52,251 nt of DNA from Chromera velia. Lineage: Eukaryota. Of this stretch, positions 1-10,367 are shown in pieces. The position numbers and the translations under genes were made by a program. The notes beneath the pieces were generated by a model. It was given only the letters and a program-made list of their open reading frames with translations, was not told the DNA's origin and searched no databases. The stretch is from NCBI GenBank assembly GCA_018398765.1, contig JAHBMJ010000254.1, forward strand, positions 1-52,251, given 5' to 3'. How positions within the stretch are numbered: the stretch's first letter is position 1; every line of letters begins with the position of its first letter.

Positions 1-48
1 GAAAGAAAGAAAGGAAGGAAGAAAGAGAGAGAGAGAGAGAGAGAAAGG

Positions 49-87
<39 letters not shown>

Positions 88-207
88 AAGAAAGAAAGAA
101 AGAAAGGAAGGAAGAAAGAGAGAGAGAGAGAGAGAGAAAGGAAAGAAAGAAAGGAAGGAAGAAAGAGAGAGAGAGCAGAGTGAGAAAGAGAGAGTGGAGA
201 GAGAGAG
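1..207. repeat. Purine microsatellite mosaic (GAAA/GAAG/GA)n, intronic
   Basis: Near-pure A/G tract of gaaa, gaag and ga units, read directly. Confidence 0.95.
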
Positions 208-216
208 GGGGGGGGG

Positions 217-419
217 CTCTGTCTACGCCATTCCTTGTCTCTGTCTCTCCGTCTGTCTACCTCTGTCTACGCCATTCCTTGTCTCTGTCTCTCCGTCTGT
301 CTACCTCTGTCTACGCCATTCCTTGTCTCTGTCTCTCCGTCTGTCTACCTCTCTCTACGCCATTCCTTGTCTCTGTCTCTCCGTCTGTCTACCTCTGTCT
401 ACGCCATTCCTTGTCTCTG
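217..419. repeat. 44-bp minisatellite, about 4.6 copies
   Basis: Unit ctctgtctacgccattccttgtctctgtctctccgtctgtctac starts at 217, 261, 305, 349 and (partially) 393. Confidence 0.95.
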
Positions 420-1155
420 CCTGGCTCTCTCTGTTTCTTTCTCTTTCTTCATGTTGATATATCCCTGTCTGTCTGTTTGTCTGTCTGTCTGATTTGTCTG
501 CAAAATTTTTGATTCATTAGTGAGTGGCTGAGGGATTTATCGAGGGGGCAGAGAAGCAACCGAGCTAGTGAGAGACCCAGAGAATGAGTAAGTAAGCAAG
601 TAGGTAAGTGAGTGAGTGAGTGAGTGAGTGAGTGAGGGAGTCACTATCTGTGAGAGACAGAGAGGGGGTTCAAATTGAATTCCCGAGCCCAAAGTGTTTT
701 TTTTTTTCTTTCTTTCGGTTTCTTTCTTTTATTTATTTACATTCCTTTCGACAGATCTACAGAAGCAAAATGTGGAGAGAGGTCGCCATGCGAGACGATA
801 GTGAGAGTGGTCCACTGTCGGGATGTTTTTTTTCTTGTGCATTGATTGAGGCAGATGAGTGCAGGAATTTTCTTTCATACAGAATTCTTTTTCACACAGA
901 AAAAGAATTCTGTATGAAAGTAAATGCATGCACTTTTTTTCTTGTGCATTGATTGAGGCAGATGAGTGCAGGAATTTTTACGTGCCCCAAAAAGTAAGTG
1001 AGCTTCGAATAATCCTGATCACAACAACGAATGACTGCTTGCTTCATGTGATTCTCCATCTGCGTGCAGACAGGAATGCTGGAGGAGATAGCGAAACTCT
1101 GTATGCATAGAAAAAGAATTCTCTATGTGAAGAGTCTGCATCTGCATGCGTGCAG

Positions 1156-2025
1156 ACAGGAATGCTGGAGGAGATAGCGAAACTCGAGAAACAACGAATC
1201 GCCTCCGATGCTAAACTTCGACAGAGCGCGGAAAAAGCAGGTTGGTTGGTTGCTCACTTGGTTGCTTGGTTGGTTGTTTGGTTGGTTGGTTGCTTCATGA
1301 ATAGGTGGGTAATGAGGAAGGCAGCCAACGGTTCTGTGCGCATGAGAGAGAAGAAGGAATGTTCTCTGAGAGAGATTACGGGCGCGTCAGAGGGAGGGGA
1401 GAAAGCAAAAGAGACAGAAATGAACGAGGCACAAAAGGAAGAGATAGAAAAGAAAGAAGTGAGGAGGGACGCCCGGGAGAGAGGTATTGCAAAGTCGTTT
1501 CTTCTTTGAAAGCAGCCCGGCCTGCTTCTTATCTTTCTCACTGTTCGAAACACCAATGGGGAGAGGGGAGGGACTCATGTGCATTGGTCCTTTGCTGCTT
1601 GCAACATCTTTTTTTCCATCTTTTTTGTTTTTTGCTTGCAACATCTTGATTTCTGCTGCTTGCAACATCTTGATTTCTGCTGCTTGCAACATCTTGATTT
1701 CTGCTGCTTGCAACATCTTGATTTCTGCCTGCCTGCAGAGAGGCTGTACCGGTGTCTCCGTGAGGAAGCAGAGCGGCAGAGTGCGCGCAGAGTGGAGGAG
1801 CAACAGGCGGCCTCTCGCTTGGGGGGGCGCCCCCGGCGGCCGGAAGAAGCGGACCTTTTGGGCCTGCAGAGAAGACTGGCACCCTTCATCGGCGAAGTCT
1901 TGGAAGGGGATGGGCCCGGGGAGAGAGACGAAAATGGAGGTGAGAGTGATGCTCTTGGGGGATCTGGAGAAAGCGTGGGATGCCAAGCTGGTGGAGATAA
2001 TTGGGAGGGAGATGAAGATTTCTAA
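1156..2025 (+). CDS. 3' exons of an uncharacterised coiled-coil-like protein with acidic tail (5' part upstream or unresolved)
   Basis: Exon 1156-1240 (tgcag|ACAGGA...GCAG|gttggt; TGMLEEIAKLEKQRIASDAKLRQSAEKA) joins in phase 1 to exon 1739-2025 (cctgcag|AG AGG CTG; ERLYRCLREEAERQ...WEGDEDF*). A further exon may start at 755. Confidence 0.6.
1632..1730. repeat. 24-bp tandem repeat x4 just upstream of a splice acceptor
   Basis: Unit ttgcaacatcttgatttctgctgc is repeated four times. Confidence 0.9.
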
Positions 2026-3505
2026 AAATTTGAGCAGGATCGGAATCTATCATGCAGTGGGAGAATCGACTCAAATATGAAATGAATATTGATTTTCAGT
2101 CCTTTTTCAATGATGATCATACACAGCTTTGACAACACTTACATTGAGAATTTTTAGATCGATCACATATCTAGAGTAAATTTAATTCCATTGACAGAAA
2201 AAATGTATGCAAAATTGTGCAAAGAAATTTAGTTTAAGAAATTCATACCATCGTCATCATTATCATTATTAATCGGCATCGATCATTATTATGGTATAAT
2301 TAATCTACTACGTACAGTTGTATAGCCAACCATACAGGCTATCATACAGTGCAGGAATCCAGGGTATGTTTTATTATATGACTAGTTACGTGAATTTACG
2401 TCATTGCCAGTGTGTTGGGCACTGCCGGTAATCCAACCGGTACCCATCTCTGTTATGATCAAGTCTCTGATACTGGCTGCTAGTCATTTGAATTTTTTTT
2501 TTTGAATCTGAAATTTAGATAGTAGGTGTGGCCTAAATTAATTCATGATCAGCCGGAAAGGTTGAAAGAAAACAATGCATATGACCGATCGAAAGATGGA
2601 TCAGAAACGGTTTTGAATAAAAATATGTATGAAAGTTTGTATGCAGAAAGCTATAGAAAGCAATCGTGGGAGTATCTGTCTATATCTATGTACTGTGTGT
2701 GGAGGGAACAGCGAGTTCGCAGATTTCCCTGACCCTAACTACCACTTGAAAGTTCAGACCGTATTTTCGGATAAGCTTGAAAGTCCGTGCCGCAGACACG
2801 GATTATTTATGGTGTTTTAAAAGCCAAAACCACATATCTGGACGGTGTTTTGACCATCTATACCGCAGGCGTGGACGGTTTCTTGAAAAAAAATGCCGCA
2901 GATAAAGATGATCTTGATTATATTTTTTTAAGTGACACTTAGGTTCAGGGAGGTTAGTTCATACACATGTAGTGGCAGGTTCTTTCAGTTTAGCAAGATC
3001 GATTGCAGCAATGGAGACCCTTAAAGACGATGATGACTAGGCTTCGAAAATGAATGCATGAAGCTTCGGCCCCTAGGCAGGCCTTAGCAGGCCCAGGAGT
3101 TGCATCCAAGAAAAACGACCATACATGCCTACGGAAAATAAACGTTTGACTATAATTAAGGATTCAAAAATTAACACGCGCAACACCCGCGCGCATGCAG
3201 ATCGAGCGCGAAACGCATGATACCGAATGTATATACGTATCTAAATTGCGCAAAAAATTAACTCATGCATGCATTCATGATCCATCTGCAACGATGCATA
3301 TGCATGCATGTACACGAAGTTCGATCTTCTATACAGACTCATATTAATATATAATTCTTGAATCTTTTCTTGCCGCTTTAATGCAGCCTTATAGTACTCA
3401 AGCTGCTCCTTTGTTCATGTACAAAGCAGATTCAAAGAAAAAGTGGTCGGCATTTTTCCACGTGCGGCCTGAACCACCTGACAGTTCAATCAAGCGCTGA
3501 GGAAC

Positions 3506-3515
3506 TATATATATA
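3506..3515 (+). promoter_or_regulatory. TATA-like element upstream of the secreted protein gene
   Basis: tatatatata lies about 160 nt before ATG 3676, downstream of a TGCATGCA cluster (3266-3310). Confidence 0.3.
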
Positions 3516-3675
3516 GCTCTATGAGAAGAAGCCGTCTCCCTTCAATGAAAAACATCTTCTTTGTCCCATTCATTAATTGTCAATCTTCTTCAAGCTAACT
3601 GGCGGAACGAGACAGAGCTGCCAGCCAAGAACAACGAGAAGCTTCTGCCCTCCTTGAAGTGACGTGAGAGCCGCA

Positions 3676-4200
3676 ATGAAGACTTCCAAGGCCTGCTGTC
3701 TGCCCGCCATTGCTCTCTATATCCTCCTCTCGTTCCAGGGTCTCTCTGCCTTACATGTTGGTAGAGAGAGAGAGCACTTTGTGGAGAGTCTGGCTCAATC
3801 GGACTCTCAGGCAAATGCACACAGACAAGATCTGGAGGGGGGCAAAAAAGTGAAAGGTCCACAGTACAAGCAAGAATGTGACCCGTACAAATGGACAAAG
3901 AAAGACAAGTGGCTCGGACGCCGTCCCGCGCTCTTCAAAGGGCGGTGTGAGCCAGGAGGGGTTACAAAACTGCTTGCGCCTCTTGGAAAGCTCATGGACC
4001 CTCTTGGATATGACATCCCTCGGACTGGGCACTGCAGTTACAACAACGCCGGTTCACTGTGTGTACCAGATCCTTCCAAGCTTCCCAAGCCAAAGAAGAG
4101 CCTCAAGGCTGCTCACAATGTTGGAGCGATGTTCACAGGAAGGTGTGAGTGGAAGAGTGAAAACGAGAATGACTGCTCTTGCAAATGTGTGGACAAGTAA
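3676..4200 (+). CDS. Small secreted cysteine-rich protein, 174 aa, intronless
   Basis: N-terminal hydrophobic signal-like segment (MKTSKACCLPAIALYILLSFQGLSA). Eight Cys in the mature part, ending CSCKCVDK*. Coding-like composition with no microsatellites. Confidence 0.75.
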   Translation: MKTSKACCLPAIALYILLSFQGLSALHVGREREHFVESLAQSDSQANAHRQDLEGGKKVKGPQYKQECDPYKWTKKDKWLGRRPALFKGRCEPGGVTKLLAPLGKLMDPLGYDIPRTGHCSYNNAGSLCVPDPSKLPKPKKSLKAAHNVGAMFTGRCEWKSENENDCSCKCVDK

Positions 4201-6257
4201 GGGTGGGAGCAGGAATCAGGGGGAAACAAAGGATCAGGGGGAAACAAAGGAAAAAGGCACGAAGCCCGTAAACTTGCAGCCGTGAGGGAACTTCGTCTGT
4301 GCCTGTCTGTCTGGCTCTCAGTTTGTGGGGAGAGATGATTTCTGTCAGAGGAATGATCACAGGGGTGACACGCCGGGTCCAAACTTTCCCCCGATGCGCC
4401 TCGTGGTGGAAGGATCCCGTTCCCTCTTTGCGTCTCCTGCATGATATCTGGCGATGATCTCAAGCGAGGTTTGCTTTTCTGTTGAATTCTGTCTAGGGGG
4501 GTGTTGACTTGCCGACTCTCCAAACTCCGAGGAGCACAGCCTTCATTCAGGTCTCTTCTGAGATCGCCAGGAATGACTCTAGGAATTAACTGATCGATCA
4601 CACGCGTCCGTGTCATAATAATGAAGTGGAACACTGCACACCGGATAACGGGCGGTACATGCATGCAGCACTGTGTGATGATCAATTTCTCGGACCATCT
4701 CCCGTGCGTGAGATGCCCTTTCTCTTTCTTGCTCTAGCTGTCGGTTGGGGTCTGTCTGTGTCTGTGTCTCGTTTCGTCGGCTGAAAAGCTGCCTCTCACT
4801 TTGTACACCTCCATGCAGTCTACTGCGGGGCTGTATATGCATCCAACTGTCTACGCCGCGCAAAGCCTGTTTCATTTCGTCCTGTCTGTCTTTCGCTAGA
4901 TCTTGATACAGTGGTCTGTGTGTTTGGTCAATTGCATGTTCCTCTGAGTCGGTCCGACTCGGTCGGGCTGATACCTTAATTCTTTCGGTCGGTCAGTCGG
5001 CAGTATAGTCAGCAAGTCAGCGAGTCAGTCAGTCAGTCAGTCAGTTTATCTCAGTGTCTGGCTCTCCACACCATTGCATAACCACACAGATGTTTATTGT
5101 GTTGTTTTAAATTGTTGAAAGTGTATATATAATTGAAAGTAATTGAAGATAATAACTGTTGAATAACAGCTTTTCTTGAATCTTGATTAATCAATTCAAG
5201 ATTCAATTGATATTTTAACCTGTGTAGATTGATTAAGTGCACTAATTCAGTGTTTAGTATTGTTGATTTAGGTTCCAAATTGTTAACTAGATTGTTAAGA
5301 ACATAATGTCATAATTACAGTATATTATAATTAACACTTTACTAATGATTACTTTCTATTTTCATCAAGAAGTTAGAAATCACTGGTAAATGGACTACAT
5401 ATCTAGCTGCATATATGAATAAACAATCTGTGATTGTATTATAAGCTCAGCAACTTCACTAGTAACATTTCAAATTTAAATTAAAGAAGTTATGTTTCTT
5501 ACTAATTTCAAGTTACGCCTGTCACAGCTGAACTGTGCAAAGGTATTCATTTTGCTATTTTTTTTTTTCTGCTTTTTATAATATATGTATAGTATAACAT
5601 AGTCCTTCAAGAACCTAGTCGAGAACTTGATAACAAGTAATCTTACATACAACCATTGTACCTATCAACTTTTGTTGCTTAGCGCGCTGTAATTACTTAC
5701 TCTGTTTGCCCCCGGAGCCCGTCTTTTAGATCTGAGAATGATCTGATTTCTTTTTTAATTTCTCCGTTTTCTTTCTCTACCCCCTTTTTTTCTCTTTTTG
5801 GATCGACCAAACAGACATGGTCTTTCCTGCAAGTATTCTCAAATAGTTGGTGCATGATCTTTTGGTCCATTCTTAATCCCTTCTTAGGTCCTGCTCAATT
5901 GCTATCTACCGCCCCTCCCTTCCCACCTTTCCCGTACGATTTTTAAAAGGCCGGCTCCTCGTTCTCCAACTCAAACAAACAAACAACGCACTCTCTGACC
6001 TTTGCTTCCAGTCCTTTAAAATCAGGTGGCACAAAGTTCTCGAATTCTTGCGATGTTCTTAAGACTGCATGCCTCTAGCTGTTCATTTGGATCCCCTCCC
6101 CCGAGTGATCGACTCCTCGAACAAACAGCACCTTATTACACCCACATTGTTCCTTCAGCCCTCAAGACTGCCCGTTCCAAAATTCTCCCCACTGCAGAAT
6201 GGAGCATCTTTCCGTTTTTACGAACAGTCATGCAGCCTCCAGTTGTCATCTTGCTCA

Positions 6258-7503
6258 TTAAGACGTCAAGACTGCCTCTGCCCCCTTCGAATCCCCCCCC
6301 AATTCGAACCACTTTTTGATCGAGGCCTTCACCCCCTTCTCCCACGCATTGCCGATAGAGGTCCCGTCCAACTTCCCGTCTCCCCCCTTCGTGATCCCCA
6401 CCCTCACGTACCCTCCGTCCACCATGGCCGCCGTGTTCTGGGAGTTCTTCTGGATGTTGGTCATCCCGAGGGACAACTCACACACAACCGACTGGGGAGG
6501 CAGGAAGAGAAAAAGATTCAGACCAGCGCCGTGGAGACCAACCTGCGCGCACATCAAACGATTCATTACAATCGTATGCACACATCTTCTTGTACATTGC
6601 ACACGCATATTGGCAGCTTGCATGTGCTCTGTACCATAAAGACCCGCCTCCATGCTTGAACCATAAATGAATGGTACGCTACCACCCTTTTGGAGAAACT
6701 TAACACGCTTGAAAATGTCCACCCAACCCAAAAGCACTGACCAAGATATCCCCCCTGCTTGCCAAGAGCGCCTGTTCCCTGAACGACTTCTTCAGCCCGT
6801 CCCCGTAGAAGTGGAGGTCTTCGAAGGGAATACCCCTCTTCTCACACTCCTCCCTGAGTCTGGCGATGACCTCGTTCTCGTTCTTCACCAGTCTCTGCTT
6901 CTGCCAGGAAGTCCAGTTCATCTCCTCACGACTGTCCCGGGCGATGTACACAACGCGGGGGACCTTCCCGCGGGGGCGGGTGGGGAGGCCGATGTTTGAC
7001 CGGACGTGAATCTGCGTGGGATGGAATGGTATGGGTTTGTTTGTTCATCAAATCATTTTGCATGCATCTGCATGGGATGAATTAATTTTTAGTTTGGAAT
7101 TGCGGGGCGAGAATTGGCTTTCTGGTGGTATGCATGCATGGTCGGCATGCACCACATAAACCCTCGTGTCAGCGAGTGGAAGTGAAGTTACAATATGCGT
7201 GCGTCAACTCGAGGATAAATGTGTCTGGCGGTACCTCTTTTTGGTATGTCTGGTCTCGGTGTACGTTTCTTTCTCTGCTGGTCCTCTGATTATCTCCTCC
7301 CTCTGTTGCCTCCGTGGATGCGCGAGGATCGAGAGAAGAAGCACGGGAGGTCATCGAACCGCATGCCCGTGTGTGAATAAACAGGCAGGCAGGCAGGGAG
7401 GCAGACACGCACTGAGAAAGCTCGACGGGGAGCCGTCTTATCGGCAGTGATTGAGAGCGAGGGATCGTCGGTGTGTATGTGTGTGTGTGTGCATGTGTGT
7501 GTT

Positions 7504-7594
<91 letters not shown>

Positions 7595-8355
7595 GGATGT
7601 TCTGGGAGGATGTACGTACATTTGTGTGCATATAGTAATGCCTGCATGTACCTGCATGTGTATGTGGTTCCAAACATGCCCTCGCTTCTCTTGTGTGCAC
7701 AGACGGAACATGCCCTCCCTTGTCTTCTACGAACAAACGAACCTACCGACCTGTGCGGCAGCCATAAAGGACGAGAAGCACTTCCCGCTGTCTGGGTGTT
7801 CGTGGTTCTGCAGGATGTTCGGACTTGGAGGCACCCATATGACGTGTTTGGCACAGACCCGGTGTCCCTCTGGGAGAGGGGAGGTCTTCAGGTGGATCGC
7901 CTGGTGGGCTGACGCAGAGATCGCGTACTCAAAGAAGTCGCCTAGAGGCTCACGGCCTCGCTCGATGGTCTTCCATCGGGGGGTCCCGTCGTTCGTCAAG
8001 GCACTTGTAAATACTACCTGTATGCAGATTGAGACATACATATATACGTACATACATATAAAAACACAAATACATACAGACACTTCCCTTGGGGGTTCCC
8101 GTCGCTCGTCAAGGCACTTGTAAATACTATCTGTATGCAGATTGTGCCCATACAAAAGATGGGAAGGATGAGACTAGAGGAGGAAGGTTCCGATTATCTC
8201 CTTCTTTCTCTGTCTCTGTCTGCCTGGCTCCTTCTCTTCTCTTCTGACTGAAGGGAATCAAGCAATCACGCATTCATCTGAGGAATCGACCGAGCTTTGC
8301 TTTCGATAACAGGAGCAGTTTTTGCAACCTGCTTAAAGACACACACACCACACAC

Positions 8356-8421
<66 letters not shown>

Positions 8422-10367
8422 GGACAAACAGACAGACAGACAGAGAGACCTGAGGGGGTCCTGTTGTCTCCTCTGCGTCTGCCACCACAGCGAGGACCTG
8501 TCTGTGTAGCTTCACCCACAGCCACCACCAATTCCAAAGGTCCACGCTGCCGTCTAGAATCAGAATCGAGTGGTCAATCACGCTGTCGCATTTCAGGGGA
8601 CTCTCTCTGACTGCCGTGGCGCCCATATCCAAGAGGTTGTTCTTGTCGTTGGCCTTTGAGTATAGGTCCGTTCGTATGGAGGCAGAGGGGGGTTTCTGGA
8701 GGTCGCAGTCTGCTCTCATCTGAAGTTTCACTGGCGTATCTCCTCCAACCTTCTTTTGCTCAATGCTCACCTGTAGAAGCAGGAGAAGAGGTGGAGGGAA
8801 GGGAGGGAAGGAGGGTCGCATACTGACGACCAGCCCGCCGCGCATTATCAAACAGAATTTTCTTCCCAAACATCACGGCGCATCACAAGCTCACTGCTTC
8901 AAAGTTTGATGGAGGCAACAGTAGATCAGCTAGCGTGCAAAGAAATGATTCCTTTCTTCAGATGCTGAAACTTCGAAACCCAGACGTCATGCAATCCAAA
9001 TTTTCATTAAATTTTTCCCTCCATCCCTCGGCAGACAAAGTCACAGACCCCACACGCAGAATTCACTACTCTCGATAAGAAGCAGAGAACTATGCATCCT
9101 AGAATAAAAATCAAATCAAAGAACGCGAGCCCATCACCACAAGAAACAAAATAGGACAACAACAAGTCTTCCTTCCTTCCTTCCACTCACATTTGTTGCA
9201 GACAGGAAGACGAAATCCTTCATGCTCGCCTGTTCCCCGGTCGTCCAGTGGACCTGCCAAGAGGAGGGCCCGGACCCCGGCACGCACAGGTCGGCTTTAT
9301 TCTTCCTCAACGCGCTGACCAGACCCGACCCTGCGTAGTTCTTACACTTCTGTGACAGGCCCTTGTTGGTGTCCTTCTCCCTCAACTCTTCCAACCGGGC
9401 GATCGTCTCGTCAAAGTCTCTTTTCTCGGCCAGGGAAAAAAACTCGTGGAGTTCGTCGCCTCTGAGGATTTTCTCAACAGAGGAAGAGACAGAAGGAGAG
9501 GTGTCGAGAGTCGTTTGGGGTTTGACGGTGTCGGAGACGGCGGGGAGGGTCCCTTTGGACTCAGAGGCAGAGGCAGAGGCAGAATCCTGAGGCTGTTGGG
9601 TGACAGGAGGCGACCCTGTAGATGATGATGAGGGTGAGGGTGTGCGTCCCTCGTGTTCATCTTCTCCTTTCTTTTCCTCAGCTCTCTGATTGTTCTCTGC
9701 AGAGACGGCAACTGAGGCCTCCACTCTCTCCAATTTCTCCTCTAATCTCTCTGCCTGGACCGATAATTTCGATATGACTTCTTCTAAACTCTGCACGCTC
9801 TCCCTCAACCTCAGGTTGTTCTGGTGCTTCGAAGGACCTGAACTCTCTTTCTGGTTCTTTGAACTGACCCCACCTGGAGCGGAGGGGAACGACCCCACAG
9901 AATCTGCTGTCACCCCCTTCCCCCCATACACCCCCGAACTACCGCTTCCTCCCTCCTCTCCTAGTGACACCTTGCCTCTCCCCCCCCCGCTTGCAGTCAA
10001 GTCAGCCCGTCGTGTTCTGCCGGGGGGGGCTGGGGCCTCTAAGGGGTCTCCTGTGGGTTTATTCCTTTGGGCCTCCCCCCTCAACCACAGGGCCCTCCAG
10101 AGAAGGAAACTTACCTGCAGGCAAGAATAGGATTGCAACAATATTATTACTTACATGTGGTTTTGCCCTTCCGCTAGCTCAACCAGAAGGCCCTCGTTGA
10201 TCCGTGCAGCTAGAGGAGAGGAGAGAACTGACCAGAAACCCGGAGACGGCCAACAGGGCGAGGACCAGGTAGACGATGGAGACGCCCTGTTTCCGCCTGC
10301 CACCCGGAGAGAAACGGGAAGAGACAGAGGAGGGGGACTGGAAAGGACTGCGGGCCCCTTCCAACAT
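6258..10367 (-). CDS. Glycosyltransferase family 61 (EOGT/DUF563-like), type II membrane protein, about 733 aa, 6 exons
   Basis: Exons 10367-10233, 10114-9191, 8770-8450, 8017-7751, 7011-6742, 6542-6258, all phase 0 with GT-AG ends. N-terminal TM (VSIVYLVLALLAVSGFL|VSFLLW) and Ser/Pro-rich stem. C-terminal GT61 signature RLVKNENEV...SFREQALLASRGDIL|VGLHGAGLNLFLFLPPQSVVCEL. Confidence 0.85.
7470..7595. repeat. Compound microsatellite (GT)n/(GTCT)n/(CT)n/(GTATGT)n in GT61 intron
   Basis: Read directly. Confidence 0.9.
8341..8448. repeat. (CAGA)n microsatellite abutting a minus-strand donor site
   Basis: Long cagacaga run that starts right after the exon-3 donor at 8449 on the minus strand. 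Confidence 0.9.

Noticed and set aside
217..419. Regular 44-bp repeats (also the 24-bp array at 1632 and 37-bp array at 48061) as a CRISPR array
   Set aside because: Units are head-to-tail with no unique spacers, the context is eukaryotic, and there are no cas genes.
180..512. ORFs such as LSVCLSV..., HPSIHPS..., TDRQTDR... here and at 7169-8123, 27508-28215 and similar
   Set aside because: They are translations of microsatellites that lack stop codons, not genes.
5060..5700. Very AT-rich tract as an organellar insertion or gene
   Set aside because: No recognisable organellar gene or RNA. It is consistent with the AT-rich spacers seen between other convergent genes (e.g. 14170-14720).
8274..8330. 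Possible extra GT61 exon (VAKTAPVIESK...)
   Set aside because: No convincing donor, and exons 3 and 4 already join in frame (PPQ|VVF).
10109..10120. cag|gtaagt on the minus strand as a recursive (zero-length exon) splice site
   Set aside because: A simpler model fits: the phase-0 donor ctg|gtcagt at 10233 joins this acceptor, and GTA AGT are codons (VS) that complete the TM helix.
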